From positions 222,549-271,257 of the forward strand of contig JBKJIT010000003.1 of NCBI GenBank assembly GCA_046598345.1: a stretch of 48,709 nt of DNA, given 5' to 3'. Below the pieces are notes generated by a model. The model did no database searches. It was not told the DNA's origin and saw only the letters and a program-made list of their open reading frames with translations. The position numbers and the translations under genes were made by a program. Every line of letters begins with the position of its first letter. Position 1 is the stretch's first letter. Below, in pieces: positions 18,377 to 26,740 of the stretch. The DNA comes from Minisyncoccia bacterium (GTDB lineage: Bacteria; Patescibacteriota; Minisyncoccia; Phycocordibacterales; UBA918).

Positions 18377-19612
18377 ATGGAAAAAACTGAACTGAAGAAG
18401 TTTCCGGATGATTTCTTCTGGGGCGCGGCGTCAGCGTCATACCAAGTGGAGGGCGGCATCGAAAATACTGACTGGGCACAGGCCGCACGTGAAGGAAGAG
18501 TGCCTCCATGCGGCATTGCCTGCGATCACTACAATCGGTATGAGGAAGATTTTGATATTGCGAAGTCCTTGGGGCACACCGCACACCGTATGTCTGTCGA
18601 ATGGGCGCGGATTGAGCCAGAGGAAGGAAAGTTTAATTTGGAGGCAATACAGCATTATCAAGACGTTGCTAAGGCCCTTCAGGCGAGAGGAATACATCCA
18701 GGTATTACCCTCTGGCACTTCACGCTACCTCTTTGGTTTTCTGAGTCTGGAGGGTTTGAGCGAAAGGATGCCCCAGAAATTTTTGCCCGTTACTGTGCAT
18801 TTGTGGTTGAACATCTCAAGGACTACTGCCATCACTACTCGACCATGAATGAGCCAATCGTTTTTGCTTCTAATGGTTGGATGCGTGGCACATGGCCTCC
18901 GTTCAAACGCTTCCTTCTTCTCGATGGTATTTCAATAACCAATTCAGGTAGGCAGCATGAGGCAAGGTACAAAAAGGGAATACGACCATTCTTTTTATAT
19001 TTACATGTGGTGAAGAATCTTGCACGAGCACACAATGCAGCGTACGTCGCTATCAAGCGAGTGCTTCTCGCAAGTGACGTGAGTGTGGTAAAGCATGTGA
19101 TTCTCTTTCATGCCAACAGAAATCCCTTGAATCGAGTTGTTGCAAAATTCATGAACTGGTGGTGGACACATTGGTTTATGGGTATGGTGCATGATAAGTG
19201 TGATTCCATTGGTCTGAATTACTATTTTCATAGAAAGTTCGGTGACACACGAACGTACGAGAAAAGTGATATGAACTGGGATATTTACCCTGAGGGTATT
19301 TACGACTGCTTGATGATGCTGAAACGCTATAATAAACCGCTGTATGTTGCTGAGTCAGGAATTGCCGATGAAAAGGATGTGCATCGAGGGGATTACATTA
19401 CAAATCAGGTACGGGGAGTGTGGCGAGCGATTCAGGAGGGGGCAGATGTCCGCGGGCATTTCTACTGGTCACTCCTCGACAACTACGAATGGGCGCTGGG
19501 ATTTGAGAAACGGTTCGGACTCGTAGAAATTGACTATACTACGCTCGAGCGGAAGATACGCCCATCTGCGTATGTATACAAGCAAATTTGCACTTCTAAT
19601 GCTGTAGAATAA
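18377..19612 (+). CDS. Glycoside hydrolase family 1 (beta-glucosidase-like)
   Basis: FFWGAASASYQVEGG, DHYNRYEEDF, SVEWARIEP, TMNEP acid/base, YVAESG nucleophile, WSLLDNYEWALGFEKRFGL. Confidence 0.96.
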   Translation: MEKTELKKFPDDFFWGAASASYQVEGGIENTDWAQAAREGRVPPCGIACDHYNRYEEDFDIAKSLGHTAHRMSVEWARIEPEEGKFNLEAIQHYQDVAKALQARGIHPGITLWHFTLPLWFSESGGFERKDAPEIFARYCAFVVEHLKDYCHHYSTMNEPIVFASNGWMRGTWPPFKRFLLLDGISITNSGRQHEARYKKGIRPFFLYLHVVKNLARAHNAAYVAIKRVLLASDVSVVKHVILFHANRNPLNRVVAKFMNWWWTHWFMGMVHDKCDSIGLNYYFHRKFGDTRTYEKSDMNWDIYPEGIYDCLMMLKRYNKPLYVAESGIADEKDVHRGDYITNQVRGVWRAIQEGADVRGHFYWSLLDNYEWALGFEKRFGLVEIDYTTLERKIRPSAYVYKQICTSNAVE

Positions 19613-19740
19613 TAAAGAACTTAAATGTTCGCGCATTTCTTTGTCGTTGCGCGGATGTGCTCCACGCGAGGTAGGTAACTACCTCTTGGTCGCCCATCCC
19701 GCTTACTCCTCGAACTGTACAGAACCTTTAAGTTCTTTAT
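19612..19740. repeat. Divergent relative of the structured element (copy E)
   Basis: 14-bp perfect outer arms ataaagaacttaaa/tttaagttctttat; ~82-nt core from TTTCTTTGT to CTCGAACT with a central GAGGTAG-gtaa-CTACCTC hairpin. Confidence 0.55.
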
Positions 19741-19752
19741 GTAATCTCGCGA

Positions 19753-20694
19753 ATGTCCTGGATACTTCTTGCAGTTGCTGCCCAAATTTTAAACGCAATT
19801 GTTGCGCTTATTGATAAGCACATCGTCTCCGACGAAAAGAGCTTCCCAAAGCCTTTCGTGTACGCGTTTTATACGTGCCTTATCTCAGGTGTGTGGATCG
19901 TGGTGTATTTTATTGGCTTCATTCCATTCTTACCGGACAGCCTCCCCGTCCCGTCTTTTTCGAATGTAGTTCGTCCGACTCTGGAAGTTGTAGCACTCGC
20001 ATTTCTCTCTGCATACACATTTTTCAGTGCGCTTGTTGCTATGTTTAGTGCGCTCAAAGACCACGATGCATCAGACGTTGTTCCGGTAATTGGAGCTGTT
20101 TCCGCACTTGCGTCATTTGGTCTTGGTTACTTTTTTCTTGGTACAACGCTCACATCAAATTTCATCATCGGTATCAGTCTCCTTGCGGCAGGTACATTTT
20201 TCGTTTCTCGCCTCCGGTTTCCTTTTACGACCGCACTTGTTGCAGCCTATTCAGGAATATTCTTTGCCCTTCACTACATTGCAATCAAGGGACTTTTTAA
20301 TGCGACATCATTTGATAATGGCTTCTTTTGGTCACGTATTGCATTTATGTTTTTTGCCCTCTCGCTCCTCATGATCCCAAGCTACTTTAAAAAGGTGCGC
20401 GAACAGACCGAAGCTACAGGGAAGCCGGCAAAGTTTCTTATCCTCACTAATAAAATCCTTGCAGGAATTTCAACACTTCTCATCCTCAAAGCAACGGCGC
20501 TCGGCGAAGTTGCCGTGGTGCAGGCACTCGGTGGGTTACAGTTTGTATTCATCCTTTTCTTTGGCATTATTTTCACCCTTCTCCATCACAAGAAAGCCAT
20601 TCCCGTTGCAGAAAAGTATGAGCTTAATGCAATCCTTCAGAAAGCTATATTTGTCGCGGTCATTACAATAGGGTTCTTAGTACTGTTTAGATAA
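19753..20694 (+). CDS. EamA/DMT-superfamily transporter
   Basis: About 10 TM helices; MSWILLAVAAQILNAIVALIDK, DASDVVPVIG, VAVVQALGGLQFVF. Confidence 0.8.
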   Translation: MSWILLAVAAQILNAIVALIDKHIVSDEKSFPKPFVYAFYTCLISGVWIVVYFIGFIPFLPDSLPVPSFSNVVRPTLEVVALAFLSAYTFFSALVAMFSALKDHDASDVVPVIGAVSALASFGLGYFFLGTTLTSNFIIGISLLAAGTFFVSRLRFPFTTALVAAYSGIFFALHYIAIKGLFNATSFDNGFFWSRIAFMFFALSLLMIPSYFKKVREQTEATGKPAKFLILTNKILAGISTLLILKATALGEVAVVQALGGLQFVFILFFGIIFTLLHHKKAIPVAEKYELNAILQKAIFVAVITIGFLVLFR

Positions 20695-21695
20695 TGCGCG
20701 CACGAATTAAAAAAATTATGCTCATTCTGGCCATCTGTCTTCTCGTAGTGGCAGTCCTCCTTATTGTACTTGCACAAAAGCCTGTCCCAGAAAAAATCAC
20801 CTATGGCATTTCATTTAATGTGCCGTATGCGCTCGAGCTTGGTATTGACCCAAAGAAGGCGTATGACGCGTTTCTCAAAGAGCTTGGAGTGCGTCACCTA
20901 CGGCTTGCTGCGCACTGGACGCTCACCGAACCTAAGAAAGATACGTTTGATTTTTCGTGGCTCGATTATCAAGTAGAGGAACTTGAAAAAGTTGGAGGTG
21001 ATGCCGTGTTTGGTGTGGGTAGGCGGTTGCCACGTTGGCCGGAGTGCCACGTACCTTCCTGGGCGAAGGAGTTAAGTTGGGAAGAGCAGAAAATTGAATT
21101 GCGCGACTACATCACTCGTGTGGTAGAACGGTACAAAAAAAGTCCTGCAATAAAATACTGGCAGGTTGAGAACGAACCGTATCTCGGTGTGTTTGCTACG
21201 GAGCATTGCAGCGAGCTTGATGAGAGTTTTCTCGAAGAAGAAATTGCACTTGTGCGCTCACTTGATCCAACCCGACAGATTCTTGTTACAGACAGTGGCA
21301 ACCTAGGCACCTGGCGCGGGGCATATTCGCACGGTGACCTCTTCGGTACGAGTGTGTATGTATATTTCTGGAATCCAAGTCTTGGTCAATTCAAGACGGT
21401 CTTGCCACCTGCGTTTTACCGAATGAAAGAGAATGTCATGGAGATTGTCTACGGAAAAAAGGATACGCTCCTCATTGAGCTAGCACTTGAGCCGTGGCTC
21501 CTTGAATCAGTGGTCGATGTTCCAATAGAAACACAGTACACTCGAATGGACAGTGAGAAGTTTGATCAAATAATTGCATATGCAAAAAAGACACGATATG
21601 ACCGCCAGTATTTGTGGGGAGGAGAATGGTGGTATTGGCTGAGAGAACAGGGACACCCCGAGATGTGGGAAAAAGGTAGGAAATTATTTGAATGA
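20694..21695 (+). CDS. Membrane-anchored clan GH-A glycoside hydrolase (GH5/GH42-like)
   Basis: TM anchor; FDFSWLDYQV, WQVENEPY acid/base, IELALEPW nucleophile-like, LWGGEWWY; stop/start overlap with the DMT gene. Confidence 0.8.
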   Translation: MRARIKKIMLILAICLLVVAVLLIVLAQKPVPEKITYGISFNVPYALELGIDPKKAYDAFLKELGVRHLRLAAHWTLTEPKKDTFDFSWLDYQVEELEKVGGDAVFGVGRRLPRWPECHVPSWAKELSWEEQKIELRDYITRVVERYKKSPAIKYWQVENEPYLGVFATEHCSELDESFLEEEIALVRSLDPTRQILVTDSGNLGTWRGAYSHGDLFGTSVYVYFWNPSLGQFKTVLPPAFYRMKENVMEIVYGKKDTLLIELALEPWLLESVVDVPIETQYTRMDSEKFDQIIAYAKKTRYDRQYLWGGEWWYWLREQGHPEMWEKGRKLFE

Positions 21696-21704
21696 AAATA
21701 ACAT

Positions 21705-21986
21705 ATGATTAAAAAGATGTTTACGGAAAAAGAGCATTCTCCAGAATCGTTACTCAGTGCGGCACAATCACTTGAACGGATCGCGACTTCGTACCGCGAG
21801 AGTGCCTTTAAGAGATTTCCTGCACTCTTTACACTTCTCGTCGCGCTCGGCGTGAGCGCTACCTACTTTGGAGTTGAGCAACTTATGCTCCAAGTACCAT
21901 GGCTCATTGCTCGTCCGTGGCTTATTTTAGTGATTGGGATCAGCATCCTCTTCTTTACAGGTCGACTCTATAAGAAGCTGGGCTAA
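21705..21986 (+). CDS. Small two-TM hypothetical protein
   Basis: 93 aa, FPALFTLLVALGVSATYFGVE followed by a second helix. Confidence 0.75.
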   Translation: MIKKMFTEKEHSPESLLSAAQSLERIATSYRESAFKRFPALFTLLVALGVSATYFGVEQLMLQVPWLIARPWLILVIGISILFFTGRLYKKLG

Positions 21987-22007
21987 TAACGTATTATTGA
22001 GCTATAC

Positions 22008-22184
22008 ATGAAATTTATCCGCTTCGTGTTCCCATTTCTCTTTGCGCGTAATTGGGACAATGGTGTGTGGGAATTCTCTCGTTCTCGCTTGGTACTCTTT
22101 TGCGCATTTCTGTTACTCTGTATCTTCGGGCTTGTTATTGCGTATGTGCTCCAACGACCGGTTGTCTATGTGAATGGCGTATGA
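22008..22184 (+). CDS. 58-aa membrane microprotein
   Basis: MKFIRFVFPFLFARNWDNGVWEFSRSRLVLFCAFLLLCIFGLVIAYVLQRPVVYVNGV*; ATGA overlap with the next ORF; missing from the ORF track. Confidence 0.65.
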   Translation: MKFIRFVFPFLFARNWDNGVWEFSRSRLVLFCAFLLLCIFGLVIAYVLQRPVVYVNGV

Positions 22185-22345
22185 AGGGACTAAAAATGTA
22201 TCTTACGGTTGTTACAGTACTCCTTGTACTTGCCCTCCTTGCCGGAGTGTACGTGTGGTACACCGTTCAAAAATTACAGCGAGAGGGACAAACGGGAACT
22301 GAATTTACATCTCCTACACCGAGCGTGAGACTAGATAAAAGTTGA
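22181..22345 (+). CDS. 54-aa single-TM microprotein
   Basis: MKGLKMYLTVVTVLLVLALLAGVYVWYTVQKLQ...; translationally coupled to the previous ORF. Confidence 0.6.
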   Translation: MKGLKMYLTVVTVLLVLALLAGVYVWYTVQKLQREGQTGTEFTSPTPSVRLDKS

Positions 22346-22368
22346 TAAACCTATATACTAAGCCTCAT

Positions 22369-23475
22369 ATGAAACACTTTGCACTCCTCGCCATCCTACT
22401 TTTAGGGCTCGCGGCCCCTCAGGTCTCTTTTGCTGGTACAGTTGTTCGGAGTGGGGAGTCGGTCTCAGTGAGTGCGGATCAAGCTATTGAGGGTGATTTC
22501 TATGGACTGGGTAGCGATGTTTCAATTTCAGGTAAATCAAGCGCGGATGTGTATGTTGCGGGAGGCACCGTTACCATTAATGCAGAAGTGGGTGCTGATC
22601 TTGTGGCTGCTGCCGCTCGTTCAGTACAAGTACACGCGCCGGTAAAAGATGATGTGCGCATCATTGCGGGGGAAGTCACGATTGCTGACCTGGTTGAAGG
22701 AGACGTGGTGGTTCTTGGGGGTGTGTTAAAAATTCTTTCTACAGCTGAAGTAAAAGGTGACGTACTCTTCTTTGGTGGAAAGATTGATATTGAAGGTGCA
22801 GTCGGTGGCGGGATCTACGGACGAGGGGAAAAGGTCCGCATTGACTCTCGCATTGGGGGAGATGTGACCGTTTTTGCTGTTCAAAAACTCACGCTCGGGG
22901 ACAATGCGGACATCCAAGGCAATGTATCGTACACGAGTCGTTCTGATATCGAGCGTGCGGAAGATTCTGTGATTGTTGGAAGTGTTACGAAGCAAGCACT
23001 CATTCAGGACGATGGCGCTGGACCTGGAATTATTTTATTCCCGTTTGCCATGTTGCTCTTTGCCGCGCTCACCATATTCATGCTCTTTAAGTCTCATGTG
23101 CAGCGATTGACACGATCAGTACAATCTTCCTACGGCATGCTTGGACTTATTGGACTAGGTATGTTTCTTGGAGTGCCGTTTGTGGCGAGCTTGCTTATGG
23201 CAAGCGTGATTGGTTTCATTATAGGAATGATACTCTTCATACTTTACTTCGTTACGCTCATTACGACGTTCGTGGTTACCGGTATGGTGGTTGGAACGGT
23301 TCTCCTTAAGCCTTTCATGAAAACTGAAGAAGTGACATGGATCGGTGCTCTTATTGGGACCATTGCGTTTCTTGCACTCGTAGTGATTCCGTATATTGGA
23401 CCACTCCTCATGGCTACACTCCTCATTATTGTCTTTGGAGCAATTGGAAAGCAATTATACGAATCAGCGCGGTAG
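22369..23475 (+). CDS. Bactofilin-like beta-helix repeat protein with C-terminal multi-TM domain
   Basis: Signal peptide; repeated G-D-V-x-x-x-G-G-x-V-x-I units; 4-5 C-terminal TM helices ending IPYIGPLL. Confidence 0.8.
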   Translation: MKHFALLAILLLGLAAPQVSFAGTVVRSGESVSVSADQAIEGDFYGLGSDVSISGKSSADVYVAGGTVTINAEVGADLVAAAARSVQVHAPVKDDVRIIAGEVTIADLVEGDVVVLGGVLKILSTAEVKGDVLFFGGKIDIEGAVGGGIYGRGEKVRIDSRIGGDVTVFAVQKLTLGDNADIQGNVSYTSRSDIERAEDSVIVGSVTKQALIQDDGAGPGIILFPFAMLLFAALTIFMLFKSHVQRLTRSVQSSYGMLGLIGLGMFLGVPFVASLLMASVIGFIIGMILFILYFVTLITTFVVTGMVVGTVLLKPFMKTEEVTWIGALIGTIAFLALVVIPYIGPLLMATLLIIVFGAIGKQLYESAR

Positions 23476-23569
23476 TGTTTTGTGCACACCCTTGCCGAGG
23501 CTACATATAAGTGGTGTTATACTGTATGAAGATGAGCTTTTATCAAATTAAAAGGTTCTCACATACAAT

Positions 23570-23785
23570 ATGAATAATAAGATGTTGCACACAGTGGCGT
23601 TTACTCTCCTCGTTATTGGTGGACTCAATTGGCTTCTCACTGCCTTTGATTACAATGTAGTTGAGATGATCTTGGGTACAGGAAGTACACTCACGATGAT
23701 TGTCTACGTGCTTGTCGGTCTTTCAGCAATCTACGAGGTTGCAACACACAAGACACGATGCAAGGCATGTAACGCAGCTGCCTAA
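23570..23785 (+). CDS. DUF378 family protein
   Basis: LLVIGGLNWLL..FDYNVV...IVYVLVGLSAIY. Confidence 0.88.
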   Translation: MNNKMLHTVAFTLLVIGGLNWLLTAFDYNVVEMILGTGSTLTMIVYVLVGLSAIYEVATHKTRCKACNAAA

Positions 23786-23800
23786 ATTTTTGTACGATTC

Positions 23801-23832
23801 AAAACACCTGCTCCCGTAGGGGCAGGTGTTTT
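23801..23832 (+). terminator. Intrinsic terminator
   Basis: aaaacacctgctccc-gta-ggggcaggtgtttt. Confidence 0.78.
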
Positions 23833-23846
23833 GTTACAATACGTAT

Positions 23847-24515
23847 ATGACTGAGCGGGAAAAACATGATCGCATGCGCCGGGTAGCGAAGATGAACACA
23901 ATCTTGAAGCGTCTCTACCCGGATCCTCGGGTAGAGCTTGATCACACAACTCCTTGGGAACTTCTGGTCGCAGTGCAGCTTTCTGCGCAATGCACCGATG
24001 CTCGCGTTAATGTAGTTACAAAGAAATTATTTAAGAAATATCGATCAATTAAGGCCTACGAAGAAGCGTCGCAAGAAGAAATGGAACAGGCAGTCTTTCA
24101 GTGTGGATTTTATCGAAACAAAGCCCGTAATATACGGAATGCAGCCAAGATGGTGCGTGCAGAATTTAAGGGAAAAATTCCGAAGACGATGGATGAGCTC
24201 ATTCGTATTCCCGGTGTAGCAAGAAAGACAGCAAATGTTGTGCTCTCCAACCTCTATGAAGTGCATGAAGGCATCGCGGTTGATACGCATGTCCGACGCT
24301 TTGCAATACGATTTGATCTCTCATCATATACAGATCCCATTCGCATTGAACGCGATCTTATGGCAATCATGCCGCGCTCACTCTGGTGGGGATTCAATCA
24401 TCGGTTAGTCATGTATGGAAGGCATTTTTGTCCTGCACGGAAACATGACTGCGTAGCGCACCCACTCACAAAAGTCTACCCTGAAGCACTCCAGAAATGG
24501 CCCAAAGCCCATTAA
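23847..24515 (+). CDS. nth: Endonuclease III (HhH-GPD), apparently without the full [4Fe-4S] motif
   Basis: ELLVAVQLSAQCTDARVN, HhH LIRIPGVARKTANVV, AVDTHV; C-terminus has only CPARKHDC. Confidence 0.93.
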   Translation: MTEREKHDRMRRVAKMNTILKRLYPDPRVELDHTTPWELLVAVQLSAQCTDARVNVVTKKLFKKYRSIKAYEEASQEEMEQAVFQCGFYRNKARNIRNAAKMVRAEFKGKIPKTMDELIRIPGVARKTANVVLSNLYEVHEGIAVDTHVRRFAIRFDLSSYTDPIRIERDLMAIMPRSLWWGFNHRLVMYGRHFCPARKHDCVAHPLTKVYPEALQKWPKAH

Positions 24516-24602
24516 ATAAGCCATATTCTCTGGTTTATATTTCAATTCGTAAGAGCACCCTCGTCAATGGTGCACTGAAAATACGAGTGCTATAGTGTAC
24601 GC

Positions 24603-25505
24603 ATGCAAACTTTCTATACTTTCATTGATGGTATGTACGCGCACACGATTGGTCCGGTCTTAGGGAAACTAGGAATTGACCTTTTTAGGAAGGAAGGGGC
24701 AAACGTGGAAAAGTCTGCACACTCGGTGATTGCACTTCCTCCATACAGTGAAACGTTGGAAAAAGAAGAAGCGGCGGAAAAGAACCAGCCTGAAACACCC
24801 ACTTTTAAATCGGTGAGTTCCGTACTTGCACATGAGACGCGTGAAGCAATCTTGGGAGATAAGAATACGGTGATGTATGTCGGCACGAATGAAGCTCCGC
24901 TCTATATGAAACCCACGCAAGAATTTGATACATGTCTGGGTTCGCTTTCCTACGGCGACATGGTCATGGTGCTCGAGCAGCGGGGGAGATGGGCTCGGGT
25001 CATCTTTAAAGAACTTTCAGGTTGGATTTTGCGCGAAGATCTCGTAGACCGTGCCGCATACGTGTACCCGGAATTTATCCTCGGGGAGGAGAACGATGTT
25101 GATGATCCAAACACCATTCGTGTTCGGGCTTTTTCGGGAGATGTGTTTGGTGGGGGTAAGGTAGCATTTCCACTCCAGGCAGGTGAATATGTGCTGTACC
25201 GTCTTCGCAGAAAAGGACAGAGTATTATGTGGCCAGAGATACGCCCACGAGTTCCAGGAATGTGGCATACAATTTTAAAAGGAGTAGATGGTATCCGCAT
25301 GAGTATGGTTCCCAAGGCAGGGAGCGTCATGGAGTACGTCTTTAAAGATGAGGTGGGGCATCTTGCGTATGTTGAGGCGGTATTTCCAGATGAGACCGTC
25401 CATGTTTCGGAAGTGAATTATCCAGATAGAGGTATCTATAACGAACGAATGATTACGAAAGAGGAGTGGAGGGAATTGCACCCCGTTTTTATAGAAGTGG
25501 TTTAA
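24603..25505 (+). CDS. SH3b + CHAP-like domain protein (catalytic Cys apparently absent)
   Basis: SH3-like LYMKP...LSYGDMVMVLEQRGRWARV...SGWI; CHAP-like PKAGSVM...GHLAYVEAV..DETVHVSEVNY. Confidence 0.75.
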   Translation: MQTFYTFIDGMYAHTIGPVLGKLGIDLFRKEGANVEKSAHSVIALPPYSETLEKEEAAEKNQPETPTFKSVSSVLAHETREAILGDKNTVMYVGTNEAPLYMKPTQEFDTCLGSLSYGDMVMVLEQRGRWARVIFKELSGWILREDLVDRAAYVYPEFILGEENDVDDPNTIRVRAFSGDVFGGGKVAFPLQAGEYVLYRLRRKGQSIMWPEIRPRVPGMWHTILKGVDGIRMSMVPKAGSVMEYVFKDEVGHLAYVEAVFPDETVHVSEVNYPDRGIYNERMITKEEWRELHPVFIEVV

Positions 25506-25518
25506 TACATCACTGGAG

Positions 25519-25547
25519 TTGACGGATGCTCGTCTGAGGTCTAGAGT
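25519..25547 (+). promoter_or_regulatory. Sigma70-type promoter with no convincing downstream gene
   Basis: TTGACG-17 nt-TAGAGT. Confidence 0.45.
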
Positions 25548-25840
25548 ATAGGTGGATTTTGCGGGTTCGGCTCATGTTCGCTGACACATGCGCCCATGTG
25601 GTGATCTTCAATGGGTTAGGTGTTGGTCCGAATCACGGGTACCGCGTCTTGACTCTATGGGTCACAAGTTTTCCTTCGGTCTGCGCGCAACGCCGGACCC
25701 GCAAATCCTCAGTTCATTTGTTCTCGCAACTTCGGTTGCCCTCGATCAAGTCCGCAACATTTTTTGTAAGCGGGCTTTTTTCAATTTTTGATACAAGGTG
25801 AAGGAGGTGAATATCGAAGATAGAGAAGCTTGCCTGGGCC

Positions 25841-25914
25841 ATTGTCGAGACAAGAGAGGGTGCCCTGGGGTACAAGGTGAATTGTCGAGACAAGAGAGGG
25901 TGCCCTGGGGTACA
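25841..25914 (+). repeat. 34-bp perfect direct repeat, period 40
   Basis: attgtcgagacaagagagggtgccctggggtaca at 25841-25874 and 25881-25914. Confidence 0.95.
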
Positions 25915-25922
25915 CTATTCCT

Positions 25923-26612
25923 ATGGAAAAACAGCGTGTCGCCTTTTTTGATATTGATGGAACTATATTCCGCTCCAGTCTCCTTGTTGAGTTAGTGAAT
26001 AGACTTGTAGCTGATGGAGTCTTTCCCGAGACGACACGCTCTCTATATCAGTCTGCGCATGAGGCGTGGCAGAATCGAGAGGGTACATATGAAACGTACA
26101 TACAAGGAGTGATTAAAGCCTTTGTGGAAAATCTGCGAGGGGTGCACTATGGTGCCTTGGCTGACATCGGACGCATGGTTGTGCATGAGCAAAGCAAGCA
26201 CGTGTATCGCTACACGCGAGATTTAGTTTCAAATCTCAAAGCAGAAAATTACTATCTCGTTGCAATTTCTCAATCACCCAAATTTATTCTTGATGATTTT
26301 TGTGACCACTATGGTTTTGATAAAGTGTATGGGCGCGTTTATGAAATTGGTCCCCTAGATCGGTTTACTGGTGAAGTCGCAGAACTTGAACTTATCCAAG
26401 ACAAGGCAAAGATTGTACGCCGTGTATTTGAGCGCGGGGATTATAGTGAGGATGACTCCATGGGAGTGGGGGATACTGAAGGAGACATCCCACTCCTCGA
26501 ATCAGTGGCGATGCCTATTTGTTTTAATCCCAACATGCAGCTGTATACGTATGCGAAAGGAAAGAAGTGGCCGGTTATCATAGAACGAAAAGATGTCGTC
26601 TACACGTTGTAG
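25923..26612 (+). CDS. HAD-IB family hydrolase (SerB-like)
   Basis: AFFDIDGTIFR motif I, ISQSP, K, GVGDTEGDIPLL motif IV. Confidence 0.92.
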   Translation: MEKQRVAFFDIDGTIFRSSLLVELVNRLVADGVFPETTRSLYQSAHEAWQNREGTYETYIQGVIKAFVENLRGVHYGALADIGRMVVHEQSKHVYRYTRDLVSNLKAENYYLVAISQSPKFILDDFCDHYGFDKVYGRVYEIGPLDRFTGEVAELELIQDKAKIVRRVFERGDYSEDDSMGVGDTEGDIPLLESVAMPICFNPNMQLYTYAKGKKWPVIIERKDVVYTL

Positions 26613-26728
26613 TCTTTAAAACACTCATCTGCTTCGTTAATTTCATCCTTCAAATACTCACCGTATAGATATACGACTCGTATTCTCACGACTCATTGCC
26701 TCGCATCTAAGCACTTTAAAGACTACAA
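26607..26728. repeat. Structured intergenic element, copy C (80-nt core 26629-26708)
   Basis: CTGCTTCGT-4-TTCATCCTT-6-CTCACCGTA-6-TACGACTCG-19-CTCGCATCT; 14-bp outer arms ttgtagtctttaaa/tttaaagactacaa include the HAD stop codon. Confidence 0.88.
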
Positions 26729-26740
26729 AAGATATTAATA

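Noticed and set aside
25559-25801. Protein-coding gene(s) between the CHAP-like and HAD genes
   Set aside because: Overlapping short ORFs with no recognisable motif or clear start; only the upstream promoter-like sequence is supported.
25841-25914. CRISPR array (34-bp repeat)
   Set aside because: Only two copies separated by 6 nt, no spacers and no cas genes.
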